A program made the translations under genes and the position numbers. The notes under the pieces are model-generated. The model was not told where the DNA came from. It did not search any database and worked only from the letters and a program-made list of their open reading frames with translations. Below, piece by piece: positions 42,310 through 53,202 of a DNA stretch of 64,000 nt. Numbering within the stretch: position 1 is the stretch's first letter; every line of letters starts with the position of its first letter. This DNA is from Caulobacteraceae bacterium. GTDB taxonomy: Bacteria; Pseudomonadota; Alphaproteobacteria; Caulobacterales; Caulobacteraceae. The stretch covers positions 87,125 through 151,124 of the forward strand of contig JAIXZX010000005.1 in the NCBI GenBank assembly GCA_027489335.1, given 5' to 3'.

Positions 42310-43473
42310 ATGATGCAGATGAAGACCCCCCAGGCGCCCCGCCGCCTCGCCCCCGCCGCCCTGGCCGTGCTGATGGCCGGCCTGGTCGGCCTGTCCGGCT
42401 GCAGCGAAGACGCGCCGCGGGAGACCGCCGAGCAGCAGGCCCGGGCGGTCACCGTCGTGCCGATCGGTTCGCAGCCCCTCACGGGGTCCGTCTCCGCCTC
42501 AGGTCCCCTGGTCCCCCGGGAAGAAGCGGCGGTGAGCGCCGAGATCGCCGGATACCGCGTGGCCCGTGTGCTGGTCGAGCCTGGCGCCTATGTGCGCGCC
42601 GGCCAGACGTTGGCGGTCCTCGACGGCGCCCTTCTCCAGTCGCAGCTCCAGCAGCAGCAGGCCGCCCTCGCCCAGGCTGAGGTCCAGGCCGAGCAGGCCG
42701 CAAGCCAGGCCGCCCGGGTCGAGGGCCTGGAGGGGCAGGGCGTCCTGTCCAACGAACAGATTGAACAGCGTCAGTTCCAGGCCCGCACCGCCGAGGCCCA
42801 GGTGCGCGCCCAGGCCGCCGGTCTGGCCGACCTCCGGGCCCGCCAGGCGAGACTGTCGGTCAGCGCCCCGGTCTCAGGCCTGGTTCTGGCCCGCAATGTC
42901 CGCCCCGGCGATCAGTCGGGGGCCGGCTCCACACCCTGGTTCGTCATCGCCCGCGACGGGCTGATCGAGCTGCAGGCCGAGGTTTCGGAAGCCGACCTCG
43001 CGCGCATCCGCCCGGGCCAGTCGGTGCAGGTCACCTTGCAGAACGGCGAGACGGTGCTGGGCAAGGTCCGCCTGGTCAGCCCGCAGGTGAACGCCCAGAC
43101 CCAGCTCGGAACGGTCTGGATCAGTCTGCCCAACCGGCCTTCGATCCGCGCCGGCGGTTTCGCCAGCGCCGACTTCCAGGGCGGCGGCGCCGACGCCCTG
43201 ACCGTGCCAGAGACCGCTGTGCGTTATGACGGCGACGGCGCCAGCGTCATGGTGGTCGGCGAAGATAACCGCGTGAAGCGGGTGGCCGTCTCCACCGGCG
43301 CCCGGGGCGGCGGCCTGGTGGAGCTGGTCCGCGGCCCGCCGGCCGGGTCGCTGGTGGTCGAAAGCGCCGGCTCCTTCCTGCTGGAGAATGATCTCGTCCG
43401 GCCTGTCCGCAAGACCGCTGAGGGGGCGGCGGCCGCGCCGGCGCCCAAGGCCAAGACCGAGCCCGCAAAATGA
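42310..43473 (+). CDS. RND efflux periplasmic adaptor (MFP)
   Basis: Lipobox LSGC; biotinyl-lipoyl halves flanking a coiled coil; SAPVSG. Confidence 0.93.
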   Translation: MMQMKTPQAPRRLAPAALAVLMAGLVGLSGCSEDAPRETAEQQARAVTVVPIGSQPLTGSVSASGPLVPREEAAVSAEIAGYRVARVLVEPGAYVRAGQTLAVLDGALLQSQLQQQQAALAQAEVQAEQAASQAARVEGLEGQGVLSNEQIEQRQFQARTAEAQVRAQAAGLADLRARQARLSVSAPVSGLVLARNVRPGDQSGAGSTPWFVIARDGLIELQAEVSEADLARIRPGQSVQVTLQNGETVLGKVRLVSPQVNAQTQLGTVWISLPNRPSIRAGGFASADFQGGGADALTVPETAVRYDGDGASVMVVGEDNRVKRVAVSTGARGGGLVELVRGPPAGSLVVESAGSFLLENDLVRPVRKTAEGAAAAPAPKAKTEPAK

Positions 43474-46400
43474 GCGCTGACCGCCCCTTAGGCCTTTCGA
43501 CCTGGGCCATCCGCAATCCGGTCCCGGTGGCGGTGCTGTTCATCGCCCTGACCCTGGCGGGGCTGATTTCCTATGGGAATCTGCCGGTCAAGCTGTTCCC
43601 TAACGTCCAGTTCCCGGCCGTGTCGGTCACCGTCACCCAGAGCGGCGCCGCGCCGGGGGAGATGGAGACCCAGATCACCCGGCCGGTGGAGGACGCCCTG
43701 GCGGGCATCCCCAACGTCAAGAACATCTATTCCACCGTCACCCAAGGGGTCTCGGTCACCAGCGTCGAGTTCGAGCTGGGCGAGGACCTGCAGAAGGCCA
43801 CCGACGACGTCCGCTCGCGTATCGACCAGACCCGCGCGGTCCTGCCACGGGAGATCGACGAGCCGACCGTCCAGCGGATCGAGCTCGATTCCCAGCCGAT
43901 CATGACCTATGCGGTGGCCGCCCCGAACATGTCGGACGTGGAGCTGTCCTGGTTCGTGGACGACACCCTGGGCCGGGCCCTGCAGGCCCGCGAAGGCGTG
44001 GCCCAGGTGGCCCGGGTGGGCGGGGTGACCCGCGAGATCAATGTGGTCCTTGACCCTGACCGTCTGGCCGCCCGCGGCCTGACCGCCGTCCAGGTCAACA
44101 ACGCCCTGCGCAGCTTTGACCTGGACGCGCCCGGCGGCCGCGTGGCCATCGGCGGCCAGGAGCAGAACCTGCGGGTGCTGGGCGCGGTGGACAGCGTCGA
44201 GGCCCTGCGCGACCTGACCATCCCCACGGGACAGGGGGGCTATGTCCGCCTGTCGGATATCGCCGATGTGGGCGACGGCGCATCGGAGCCCCGGGGTTTC
44301 GCCCGGCTGAATGGTCAGCCCGTGGTCGGCTTCATGGTCATGAAGACCCGCGATTCCAGCGACGTGGCCGTCGAGGACGGGGTCCTTGCGGCTTTGGCCG
44401 AGCTGGAGACCCAGTACGAAGGCGTCTCCTTCACCAAGATCTTCTCTTCGGTGGACGAGACCCGCGCCAGCTTCCACGCCACCCAGAACGTTCTGCTGGA
44501 AGGCATGGGGCTGGCGGCGCTGGTGGTGTTCGTCTTCCTGCGCAACTGGCGCTCCACGGCGATCGCCGCGGTGGCCATGCCGCTGTCGCTGATCCCGACC
44601 TTCTTCGTGATGGATCTGCTGGGCTTCTCGCTCAACATCGTCACCCTGCTCGGCCTCACGCTCGTGATCGGCATCCTGGTGGATGACGCGATCGTCGAGG
44701 TGGAGAACATCGAGAAACGGATCATCGCCGGGATGCGGCCCTTCCAGGCCGCATTGGAAGGCGCCGACGCCATCGGCCTGGCGGTGGTGGCGACGACCGC
44801 CTCCATCGTGGTGGTGTTCACGCCGGTGTCCTTCATGGGCGGCATGGCCGGGCAGTTCTTCCGGGAGTTCGGAATCACGGTCTCGGTGGCCGTCATCTTC
44901 TCCCTGCTGGTGGCGCGCCTGCTGACGCCGCTGATGGCGGCCTATCTGCTTAAGCCCGCCGCTGCGCCCCATCCGCGCAAGCCGTTCAAGGGACTGTATC
45001 GCGACACCCTCGAATGGGCGCTGGACCACCGCATCATCGCCAGCATCGCCGGCGGCGTCATGTTCATCGCCTCCCTGGCGCTGATCCCGCTCCTGCCCCA
45101 GGGCTTCCAGCCGGCCGGCGACCCCGACTACCTCTATGTGAACGTCCAGGGTCCCCCCGGCGCGACGGCCGAGCATATGGAGGAGGTGGTCCGCGACATC
45201 ACCGCCACCTTCGCCGACCGGCCGGAGGTGACCAATGTCTTCGCCCAGATCGGCTCCACTGTGGTGGCCCAGGGCCCGGGCGGCGGCGGCGGCGGCGGCA
45301 ACGACCTGCGCAGCGGCACGGTCACCGTCCTGCTGGACGAGGGCCGCGACCTGACCGGTGCGGAGATCCGCCGCGAAATGCGCGAGGCCCTGCGGGAGAT
45401 TCCCGACGCCCGGGTGACCTTCCTTGATGGCCAGGGTCAGGCGGGACTGCAGATCGTCCTGACCAGCGAGAACCCCGAGGCCCTGCGCGAGACCGCCCTG
45501 GAACTGGAGCGGCAGATGCGCGAGGTGCCCGAGATCGCCGAACCCCGGCCCTCGGTGCCGCCGACCGGGCCTGAGCTGATCATCCGGCCCCGCCCCGCCG
45601 AGGCCGCACGGCTCGGCGTCAGCGCTGAGCAGATCGCGACGGTAGCCCGGGTCGCCACCGTCGGCGACATCGACGCCAATGTGGCCAAGATGACGATCAA
45701 CGAGCGGCGCCTGCCGATCCGCCTGCGCCTGCCGGTGGAGGCCCGGACCGATCTCGAGGCCATCCGGTCTCTGCGTATCCCCACCGCCACTGGCGAGGTC
45801 ACGACCCTGGGCGCGGTGGCCGATGTGGAGTTCCAGGCCGGTCCCGCCCGGATCGAGCGCCTGAACCGCAGCCGTCAGCTGACCGTTCAGGCCGAGCTGA
45901 ACGGGGTGGAGCTGGGCGACGCCAACCAGAAGGTCCAGGCCCTGCCGATCATGCAGAACCTGCCCGACGGCGTGGCGCCGGCCGAGACCGGCGAGCTTGA
46001 GGCCATGCAGGAACTGTTCGGCGCCATGGGCCTGGCGATCTTCGCCGGCGTTTCGATGATCTTCGCCGTGCTGGTCCTGCTGTTCCGCAGCTTCTTCAAG
46101 CCGCTGGTCATCCTGTCGGCCCTGCCGCTGGCGGTGGGCGGCGCCTTCCTCGGCCTGCTGGCCTTCCAGCTCTCCCTGTCGATCCCTTCGATGATCGGCT
46201 TCCTGATGCTGCTCGGCCTGGCCGCCAAGAATTCCATCCTGCTGGTGGAGTACGCGATCGAACGCGAGCGCGAGGGCATGCCCCAGCGCGAGGCCCTGAT
46301 CGACGCTTGTCGCGAGCGGGCCCGGCCCATCGTCATGACCACTGTGGCCATGGCCGCGGGCATGCTGCCGACGGCGCTGGCCCTGGAAAAAGGCGCGGAG

Positions 46401-46586
46401 TTCCGTCAGCCCATGGCGGTCGCGGTGATCGGCGGCCTGATCACCTCGACCATCCTGTCGCTGGTGCTGGTGCCGGTGGTCTATGAGTTCGTCGACGACT
46501 TCGAGCGCTGGTTGAAGCCGCGCCTGGCCCGCTTCATCACCCCGCGGGAGGCGCCTGGCCCGGCCGTGCCGGAGGACAGGCTCTAA
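43470..46586 (+). CDS. RND efflux permease (AcrB/AcrD/AcrF family)
   Basis: GILVDDAIVEVENI, AAKNSILLVEY and RARPIVMTT motifs. Confidence 0.96.
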   Translation: MSADRPLGLSTWAIRNPVPVAVLFIALTLAGLISYGNLPVKLFPNVQFPAVSVTVTQSGAAPGEMETQITRPVEDALAGIPNVKNIYSTVTQGVSVTSVEFELGEDLQKATDDVRSRIDQTRAVLPREIDEPTVQRIELDSQPIMTYAVAAPNMSDVELSWFVDDTLGRALQAREGVAQVARVGGVTREINVVLDPDRLAARGLTAVQVNNALRSFDLDAPGGRVAIGGQEQNLRVLGAVDSVEALRDLTIPTGQGGYVRLSDIADVGDGASEPRGFARLNGQPVVGFMVMKTRDSSDVAVEDGVLAALAELETQYEGVSFTKIFSSVDETRASFHATQNVLLEGMGLAALVVFVFLRNWRSTAIAAVAMPLSLIPTFFVMDLLGFSLNIVTLLGLTLVIGILVDDAIVEVENIEKRIIAGMRPFQAALEGADAIGLAVVATTASIVVVFTPVSFMGGMAGQFFREFGITVSVAVIFSLLVARLLTPLMAAYLLKPAAAPHPRKPFKGLYRDTLEWALDHRIIASIAGGVMFIASLALIPLLPQGFQPAGDPDYLYVNVQGPPGATAEHMEEVVRDITATFADRPEVTNVFAQIGSTVVAQGPGGGGGGGNDLRSGTVTVLLDEGRDLTGAEIRREMREALREIPDARVTFLDGQGQAGLQIVLTSENPEALRETALELERQMREVPEIAEPRPSVPPTGPELIIRPRPAEAARLGVSAEQIATVARVATVGDIDANVAKMTINERRLPIRLRLPVEARTDLEAIRSLRIPTATGEVTTLGAVADVEFQAGPARIERLNRSRQLTVQAELNGVELGDANQKVQALPIMQNLPDGVAPAETGELEAMQELFGAMGLAIFAGVSMIFAVLVLLFRSFFKPLVILSALPLAVGGAFLGLLAFQLSLSIPSMIGFLMLLGLAAKNSILLVEYAIEREREGMPQREALIDACRERARPIVMTTVAMAAGMLPTALALEKGAEFRQPMAVAVIGGLITSTILSLVLVPVVYEFVDDFERWLKPRLARFITPREAPGPAVPEDRL

Positions 46587-46595
46587 ACACTGCGC

Positions 46596-47576
46596 CTAGA
46601 GCTCGCCGCGCAGGACCTGGGCGAACTGTTCGGGATCGACATTGCCGCCGGACAGGACGAGGCCGACGACCCCCTTGCCGGCCACATCGATCTTGCCGGC
46701 CAGCAGGGCGGCCAGGGCGGCGACCCCGCCGGGCTCCACGACCAGCTTCAGGGTGGCGAAGGCGTAGCGCATGGCCTCGGTGATCTCGCGATCGCTGACC
46801 ACGGCCACGTCGGCCACCGTGTTCTGCATGATCGGAAAGGTCAGCACGCCCGGGAAGGGCGACTCCAGAGAGTCACAGAGGGAGCGGCCGGTGGGCTTGA
46901 ACACCTGGCGCTCGCCCGCCCGCAGGGACTTCAGCGTGTCGTCGAAGCCCTCCGGCTCGACCCCGACCATGGCGGTCTGTGGACTCAAGCCCTTGATCGC
47001 CGTCGCCAGGCCCGCCAGCAGGCCGCCGCCGCTGATCGGGGCGGCCACCAGGTCGAGCGCCGCGCCCATGGCGGTCGCCTGAGCGACCATTTCCAGGCCC
47101 ACCGTGCCCTGGCCGGCGATGATGTGGGGATCATCGAAGGCCGGCACGACGACAGAGCCGCGCTCACGGGCGATCTCTGCGGCGATGGCCTCCCGGCTGT
47201 CGGTCAGCCGATCATAGAACCGCACCTCGGCGCCATAGCCCTGGGTGGCGACGACCTTCACCTTTGGCGCGTCGCTCGGCATGACGATCAGGGCCGGAAT
47301 CCCCAGCAGCCGGGCGGCGAGCGCGACCCCTTGCGCATGATTGCCCGAGGAGAAGGCGACCACGCCCCGGTCCCGCTCGTCGGCGGTCAGCTGCACGAGC
47401 CGGTTATAGGCCCCGCGGAACTTGAAGGCGCCCACCCGCTGCAGGGTCTCTGCCTTGAGCAGAACGCGAACCCCCGCCCGCTCATTCAAGGCCGGGCTCT
47501 CGATCAGGGGGGTCTCGATCGCGTGGCCAGAGATCCGGTCGGCGGCGGCCTGGATGTCAGCAAGCGTCACGGTCAT
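46596..47576 (-). CDS. PLP-dependent threonine/serine dehydratase without ACT domain
   Basis: GAFKFRGA (PLP lysine), [16 protein letters not shown] and VEP motifs. Confidence 0.92.
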   Translation of the reverse strand: MTVTLADIQAAADRISGHAIETPLIESPALNERAGVRVLLKAETLQRVGAFKFRGAYNRLVQLTADERDRGVVAFSSGNHAQGVALAARLLGIPALIVMPSDAPKVKVVATQGYGAEVRFYDRLTDSREAIAAEIARERGSVVVPAFDDPHIIAGQGTVGLEMVAQATAMGAALDLVAAPISGGGLLAGLATAIKGLSPQTAMVGVEPEGFDDTLKSLRAGERQVFKPTGRSLCDSLESPFPGVLTFPIMQNTVADVAVVSDREITEAMRYAFATLKLVVEPGGVAALAALLAGKIDVAGKGVVGLVLSGGNVDPEQFAQVLRGEL

Positions 47577-47992
47577 TTGGCGAACACCATGGCGTCGTCG
47601 GCGAAGGCCTTGAACTCCAGCGCATTGCCGGAAGGGTCGAGGAAGAACAGGGTCGCCTGCTCCCCGGGCTGGCCCTTGAAGCGGACCTGCGGGGGGATGA
47701 TGAACTGCGTGCCCGCCGCCTCCAGCCGGTCGGCCAGGGCCTGCCAGGCCTCCAGGGTCAGGATGACGCCAAAGTGGCGGACCGGCACCTGCTCGCCGTC
47801 CACGGCGCTGGTCTGGCGATGGCCGACCTCGTCGGGCGCCAGATGGGCGACGATCTGGTGGCCATGGAAGTCGAAATCGATCCAGTCGGGGCTCGAACGA
47901 CCCTCGGGGCAGCCCAGAAGCTCCCCGTAGAAGGCGCGGGCCTCGGCCAGGTCGCGGACGGGGAAAGCGAGATGGAAGCGGGGTCGGGTCAT
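47573..47992 (-). CDS. VOC/glyoxalase family protein
   Basis: [26 protein letters not shown] and [10 protein letters not shown] motifs; start corrected to ATG 47992. Confidence 0.9.
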   Translation of the reverse strand: MTRPRFHLAFPVRDLAEARAFYGELLGCPEGRSSPDWIDFDFHGHQIVAHLAPDEVGHRQTSAVDGEQVPVRHFGVILTLEAWQALADRLEAAGTQFIIPPQVRFKGQPGEQATLFFLDPSGNALEFKAFADDAMVFAK

Positions 47993-48098
47993 GGTCGTCT
48001 GATTAGCTTGCGACCGCCGGTCAGGCGATGGTTTTAAGCGGCGCTGGCCCGTGCTTATCTGTCGTTGACCCATAGCGGTGGGTTGGGGGCGAATCACA

Positions 48099-48701
48099 AT
48101 GCGTAAGCTTGCTGCGGCGGCCGGGGCCTTGGTCCTGGCCGGTGGTCTGGGGTCTGTCGAGGCATCGGCGGCCGAACTGCTGGTGGGCGCCTATGCCCAC
48201 GATGTCACCTTCATCGGCGAGGCGATCGGCTCGGGCGCCCCGGGCCGCGAAGAGGGGATCGACCTGCATCTCGGCCTTCGCACGGAGCAGATAGAGTATC
48301 TGTTCGGGGGGCCTCAGCTGCACGCCTTCGTCTCCCTCAACAGCGAGGGCACCAGCAACTTCGTCGCCGCCGGCGTCTCCTGGCCCATCGGCGTGACCGA
48401 GCGCCTCTATGTCCGGCCGGGACTTGGCCTGGCCTATACGGATGGGGAAGCTGGCCTGCCGCCGGTCAATGCGTCAAACCTGACGCCGCCGGAAATCGCC
48501 CGGCGCCTGGAGCTCTACAATACCCGGATCGATTTCGGCTCGCAGCTGCTGTTCCAGCCGGAATTGTCGGTCGGTTACAAGTTCACCGAGACCTTCGCCG
48601 CCGAGCTGTCCTGGGTTCACATCTCCAACGCGCAGATTTTCCACCAAGGGAAGAACCAGGGCCTTGACGCCGCGGGCGTGCGGCTGATTTACAGCTTCTG
48701 A
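48099..48701 (+). CDS. Outer-membrane acyloxyacyl hydrolase (PagL-like lipid A deacylase)
   Basis: Signal peptide; beta-barrel pattern; HISNA...NQGLD motif; terminal Phe. Confidence 0.8.
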   Translation: MRKLAAAAGALVLAGGLGSVEASAAELLVGAYAHDVTFIGEAIGSGAPGREEGIDLHLGLRTEQIEYLFGGPQLHAFVSLNSEGTSNFVAAGVSWPIGVTERLYVRPGLGLAYTDGEAGLPPVNASNLTPPEIARRLELYNTRIDFGSQLLFQPELSVGYKFTETFAAELSWVHISNAQIFHQGKNQGLDAAGVRLIYSF

Positions 48702-48817
48702 CCGGCCCCCGCCTCTGCGGCGTCTGAACGCCGGTTCCACAATCGATCAAATCCTCTCGCCGAGCCCTGTCGAAGGGCGGGACGGATCCGCCCGGCAGGC
48801 GGAAGGATCGTATCTCA

Positions 48818-50107
48818 ATGGCCAATGTGACGGTGATCGGCGCCCAGTGGGGCGACGAAGGCAAGGGCAAGGTCATCGACTGGCTGGCCAACCGCGCCGA
48901 CGTGGTGGTCCGCTTCCAGGGCGGCAACAACGCCGGCCACACCATCGTGGTGGGCGACAAGACCTACAAGCTGTCGCTGCTCCCCTCGGGCGTCATCCAG
49001 GGCAAGCTGTCGATCATCGGCAACGGGGTCGTGGTCGATCCCTGGTCGCTGCTGGACGAGATCACCCGCGCCCAGGGCCAGGGCCTTGGCATCAATCCCG
49101 ACAACCTGATCCTGGCCGAGAACGCCACCCTGGTCCTGCCGCTGCACCGCGACCTGGACGGGGCCCGAGAGGCCCGCGCCGGGGCTGGCAAGATCGGCAC
49201 CACCGGCCGCGGCGTCGGCCCGGCCTATGAGGACAAGGTCGGCCGTCGCGCCATCCGATTCGCCGACCTGGCCGATTCCGAGGCGCTGGAAATCAAGATC
49301 GAGCGCCTGCTGGCGCACCACGGCGCCCTGCGCGCCGGGCTCGGCCTGCCCGAGGCCCGCCCTGACGAGATTCTCGCCCAGCTGCAGGAACTGGCCCCGA
49401 AGATCCTGCCCTATGTGAAGCCGGCCTGGCGGGTCCTGGGGGACGCCATCAAGGCGGGCCAGCGGGTGCTGTTCGAAGGCGCCCAGGCGACTCTGCTCGA
49501 CGTGGACCACGGCACCTATCCCTATGTGACCTCGTCCAACACCGTGGCGGGCCAGGCCGCGGCCGGCGCCGGCGTCGGCCCGACGGCCGGCGGCTATGTT
49601 CTGGGCATCCTCAAGGCCTACACCACCCGGGTGGGCGAGGGGCCTTTCCCCACCGAGCTGAACGATGAGACCGGACGCCTGCTGGGCGAGCGGGGCCATG
49701 AGTTCGGCACCGTCACCGGGCGGCCCCGCCGCTGTGGCTGGTTCGATGCGGTGCTGGTGCGCCAGTCCATCGCCGTGGGCGGGGTTCAGGGCGCCGTGCT
49801 CACCAAGCTCGACATCCTCGACGGGTTTGAGACGCTCAAGGTCTGCGTCGGCTACCGCCTGCGCGGGGAGACCATCGACTACCTGCCCGCCGGCCTGCGC
49901 GACCAGGCCGCCATCGAGCCCATCTACGAAGAGATGGAGGGCTGGAGCGAGAGCACCCGCGGCGCCCGCTCCTGGAAGGACCTGCCAGCCAACGCCATCA
50001 AATACGTGCGCCGGATCGAGGAGCTGATCGGCGCGCCCGCGGTGCTGCTCTCCACCAGCCCGGACCGGGACGACATCATCATGATGCTGGACCCATTTCG
50101 GGGATGA
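48818..50107 (+). CDS. purA: Adenylosuccinate synthetase
   Basis: [23 protein letters not shown] and [11 protein letters not shown] motifs. Confidence 0.98.
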   Translation: MANVTVIGAQWGDEGKGKVIDWLANRADVVVRFQGGNNAGHTIVVGDKTYKLSLLPSGVIQGKLSIIGNGVVVDPWSLLDEITRAQGQGLGINPDNLILAENATLVLPLHRDLDGAREARAGAGKIGTTGRGVGPAYEDKVGRRAIRFADLADSEALEIKIERLLAHHGALRAGLGLPEARPDEILAQLQELAPKILPYVKPAWRVLGDAIKAGQRVLFEGAQATLLDVDHGTYPYVTSSNTVAGQAAAGAGVGPTAGGYVLGILKAYTTRVGEGPFPTELNDETGRLLGERGHEFGTVTGRPRRCGWFDAVLVRQSIAVGGVQGAVLTKLDILDGFETLKVCVGYRLRGETIDYLPAGLRDQAAIEPIYEEMEGWSESTRGARSWKDLPANAIKYVRRIEELIGAPAVLLSTSPDRDDIIMMLDPFRG

Positions 50108-50173
50108 TGGCGCCGCCACGTAAGTGGTTCTTTACGGGCTGATGCGAGGGTGGGCGCATTGGGGAGCCCACCT

Positions 50174-50992
50174 GTGTTCAATGATGACCGCAAGCTGATC
50201 GACCGTATGGCGCCCGCCCTTCAGCGGGTGCTGGTCATTGATCCGTCCCCGGCCGGCGGGCGTATGCTGGCCGATCTCATGCGCAGTCTGGCCCACTGTC
50301 AGGTCTGGGTGGCGCCGTCTGCCGGCAAAGCCATGGAGCTGATCAAGGGCGCCGACCCACAGATCATCTTTATCGAACACGCCGAGCGCGGCGGGGTGGA
50401 CGGGATCGAGTTCACCCGCCGCCTGCGTCGCAGCGAGGCGACCTGCCGTCAGGCGCCGGTCATCATGATCTTGACCCAGCCCACGGCCGCCGCTGTCCTG
50501 GGCGCCAGGGACGCCGGCGTGCACGAGTTTCTCCGCAAGCCCTTCACCACCGGCGACCTGCTCAAGCGTCTGGAGGCGGTGACCCTGCGGCCCCGCGACT
50601 GGGTCGAGGCCGTGACCTATGTCGGCCCCGACCGCCGGCGCTTCAACTCCGGCGACTACAAGGGCGCGCTGAAACGCCGCTCCGATTCCCGGGCGACGCC
50701 GGAACGCAGCCGCATCATCCAGGCGGTGAAAATTCTGAAATCCGCCGCCGGGGCCCTGCAGAGCGATCCGGCCCAGGCGATGCGCGCCATGAAGGCCCAG
50801 GGCGCCGACCTGCAGTCGGTGGCCGTCAAGACGGGCGATATGAAGCTGGCGGCGGCGGCGGCCGACTTCCACCGCTACCTCGCCACGGTTGTCGACCCTC
50901 GCCGGCTGGATCCTACCGAGATCGCCTTCCATGTGGCGGCTCTGGCGGCCTTCGCTCCGGCCGAGGACGCCACACGCAAACGGGTCGCCTGA
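50174..50992 (+). CDS. cleD: CheY-like c-di-GMP effector, CleD-like
   Basis: Receiver domain with Glu at the phosphoacceptor site (IIFIE); Arg-rich motif YVGPDRRRFNSGDYKG; GTG start with GGGGAG RBS. Confidence 0.8.
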   Translation: MFNDDRKLIDRMAPALQRVLVIDPSPAGGRMLADLMRSLAHCQVWVAPSAGKAMELIKGADPQIIFIEHAERGGVDGIEFTRRLRRSEATCRQAPVIMILTQPTAAAVLGARDAGVHEFLRKPFTTGDLLKRLEAVTLRPRDWVEAVTYVGPDRRRFNSGDYKGALKRRSDSRATPERSRIIQAVKILKSAAGALQSDPAQAMRAMKAQGADLQSVAVKTGDMKLAAAAADFHRYLATVVDPRRLDPTEIAFHVAALAAFAPAEDATRKRVA

Positions 50993-51039
50993 GCCCCCAG
51001 GGCCGCCCTGACGCGCTCACACAGTCATCGCGACAGACC

Positions 51040-51073
51040 GGCCGGCGAGACGGACATGTCCCGCCGGCCTTTA
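51040..51073 (+). terminator. Hairpin terminator between cleD-like gene and rpoH
   Basis: GGCCGGCG...CGCCGGCC followed by TTTA. Confidence 0.5.
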
Positions 51074-51086
51074 ATCTGAGCGCCGA

Positions 51087-51974
51087 TCAGGCGTTGACCA
51101 GGTTCCGGTCTTCGGCGGCGGCCTGCATGGTCTTCTGCAGCTTCTCGAAGGCGCGGACCTCGATCTGGCGCACCCGTTCGCGGCTGACACCGTACTGGCC
51201 AGCCAGTTCCTCGAGCGTCGTCGGATCGTCCTTCAGCCGCCGCTCGGTCAGGATGTGACGCTCACGGTCGGACAGCTCGGCCATGGCCTCCTGCAGGAGG
51301 CCCATGCGCAGGCCGCGCTCCTCGTTGTCGGCGACCACCGTCTCCTGGCTGGGGGCGGCGTCGTCGGCCAGCCAGTCCTGCCACTCGCTCTCGGAGTCCG
51401 AGCGCAGGGGGGCGTTGAGCGAGGCGTCCGGACCCGACAGGCGCCGGTTCATGGAGATGACCTCCTCGTCCAGCACGCCGAGCTTGGTGGCGATCTGGCG
51501 AACCTGGTCGGGGTGCATGTCCCCTTCCTCGAAGGCGCTGATCTGGCTCTTGGCCTTGCGCAGGTTGAAGAACAGCTTCTTCTGCGCCGCCGTCGTGCCC
51601 ATCTTCACCAGGGACCAGGACCGCAGGATGTATTCCTGGATCGAGGCGCGGATCCACCACATGGCGTAGGTGGCCAGGCGGAAGCCCCGGTCGGGATCGA
51701 ACTTCTTGACCGCCTGCATCAGGCCGACATTGCCCTCGGAGATCACCTCGCCGATGGGCAGGCCATAGCCGCGATAGCCCATGGCGATCTTGGCCACGAG
51801 ACGCAGGTGGCTGGTGACGAGCCGATGGGCGGCCTCGGGGTCTTCATGCTCCTGCCAGCGCTTGGCGAGCATGAACTCCTCGTCCTTGGCCAGCATCGGA
51901 AATTTGCGGATATCGCTGAGATACCGGCTCAGGCCGCCTTCCGGCGACATGACGGCAAGCGTTTGCGCGGCCAT
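51087..51974 (-). CDS. rpoH: RNA polymerase sigma-32 factor
   Basis: RpoH box KMGTTAAQKKLFFNLR; SHLRLV, FATY-like LATYAMWWI and VSRERVRQIE motifs. Confidence 0.97.
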   Translation of the reverse strand: MAAQTLAVMSPEGGLSRYLSDIRKFPMLAKDEEFMLAKRWQEHEDPEAAHRLVTSHLRLVAKIAMGYRGYGLPIGEVISEGNVGLMQAVKKFDPDRGFRLATYAMWWIRASIQEYILRSWSLVKMGTTAAQKKLFFNLRKAKSQISAFEEGDMHPDQVRQIATKLGVLDEEVISMNRRLSGPDASLNAPLRSDSESEWQDWLADDAAPSQETVVADNEERGLRMGLLQEAMAELSDRERHILTERRLKDDPTTLEELAGQYGVSRERVRQIEVRAFEKLQKTMQAAAEDRNLVNA

Positions 51975-52051
51975 GACTATCCCCTCTTGATGTGTGGACT
52001 GCCGGGCCGCTGCGCAGGTGTGCGCCAGGTCCCCCCACCCCTCGACCCTTC

Positions 52052-52080
52052 AGATAGGTATCGGGTTCTCGGAGCGGAAG
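52052..52080 (-). promoter_or_regulatory. Putative sigma-32 (autoregulatory) promoter of rpoH
   Basis: CTTC-N18-CCTATCT versus alphaproteobacterial CTTG-N17/18-CYTATNT. Confidence 0.4.
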
Positions 52081-52126
52081 GCCGCCGGGGAGGGCGGCTG
52101 GAAAGTCCCACTTGTGAACTCAGGTA

Positions 52127-52151
52127 TTTGTACCCCGCGATCTGGGCGCAA
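52127..52151 (-). promoter_or_regulatory. Putative housekeeping promoter of rpoH
   Basis: TTGCGC...GGTACAAA, loosely matching the Caulobacter sigma-73 pattern. Confidence 0.3.
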
Positions 52152-52188
52152 GCAAGGCGCGGCCCCTCGACAGGACCCGCCGAAAATC

Positions 52189-53202
52189 TCAGAGGGCGCC
52201 CAGCAGAGCTTCAAGCCGGGCCATGTCTGCGGGCAGGGGGGCCTCGAACCGTAGCGGCTCGGTGGTGATGGGATGGATGAAACCCAGCACCTGGGCGTGC
52301 AGGGCCTGGCGGGTCAGGCCCGCCTCGGCCATGGCGGCGCGCACGGCCGGCGCCGGGCTGCCAGAGCCATAGACGGCGTCCCCCAGGCAGGGGGCGCCCT
52401 TGGACGCCATGTGGACGCGGATCTGGTGGGTGCGGCCGGTCTCCAGCCGGCAGCGCACCCGCGCCGCCGTCGGTCGGTCTGAGGGGCCGAACAGGGCGGT
52501 GGTCTCATAGTGGGTGATCGCCTCCCGCCCCCCGGACTTGAGGACCGCCATCTTCTTGCGATCATGGGCCGAGCGGCCCAGCAGGGACTGCACCGTCCCC
52601 TTGCGCGGCTTGGGGGCGCCCCGGGTCAGGGCCACATAGGCCCGGTCGATGTCGTGGTGGAAGAACAGGGCCGAAAGGCCCTGGTGCGCGGCGTCGGTCT
52701 TGGCGCAGACCAGGACGCCGGAGGTGTCCTTGTCGATCCGGTGGACGATCCCTGGCCGGGCGACCCCGCCGATCCCTGACAGGCTGGCGCCGCAGTGGTG
52801 CAGCAGGGCGTTGACCAGGGTGCGATCCGGCGAGCCTGGCGCCGGATGGACCGCCATGCCCGGGGGCTTGTCGACCACGATCAGGTGGCTGTCTTCGAAC
52901 AGCACCTGCAAGGGAATGTCCTGGGGCTCCGGCTCGGCGGCGATGACCGGCGGGACCAGGATCTCATAGGCGCCGGGCTGGGCCTTGGCCGAGCCGTCCC
53001 GCACGATCTGGCCGTCCCGGCTCACCGCGCCTGTGGCCAGCAAGGCCTGGATACGGGCCCGGGACAGGTCATCGGCAAGCGCCGCCAGGGTCTTGTCCAG
53101 GCGCCCGCCAGCGGACTCGGCGGCGACCTGCAGCACAAGCAGGTCGCCGTCGTCCTCGGCCTCAAGGATCGGAACCGGCGGGGCGCCGGGGTCAGAGCCC
53201 AT
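52189..53202 (-). CDS. rluD: RluA-family 23S rRNA pseudouridine synthase (RluD)
   Basis: S4-like N-terminus; VDKPPGM, GIVHRIDKDTSG, TGRTHQIRVH and QALHA motifs; start probably ATG 53202. Confidence 0.92.
   Translation of the reverse strand: MGSDPGAPPVPILEAEDDGDLLVLQVAAESAGGRLDKTLAALADDLSRARIQALLATGAVSRDGQIVRDGSAKAQPGAYEILVPPVIAAEPEPQDIPLQVLFEDSHLIVVDKPPGMAVHPAPGSPDRTLVNALLHHCGASLSGIGGVARPGIVHRIDKDTSGVLVCAKTDAAHQGLSALFFHHDIDRAYVALTRGAPKPRKGTVQSLLGRSAHDRKKMAVLKSGGREAITHYETTALFGPSDRPTAARVRCRLETGRTHQIRVHMASKGAPCLGDAVYGSGSPAPAVRAAMAEAGLTRQALHAQVLGFIHPITTEPLRFEAPLPADMARLEALLGAL

Noticed and set aside
45279-45299. (GGC)7 microsatellite in the RND permease
   Set aside because: It encodes an in-frame poly-Gly loop; slippage would not shift the frame, so phase variation is unlikely.
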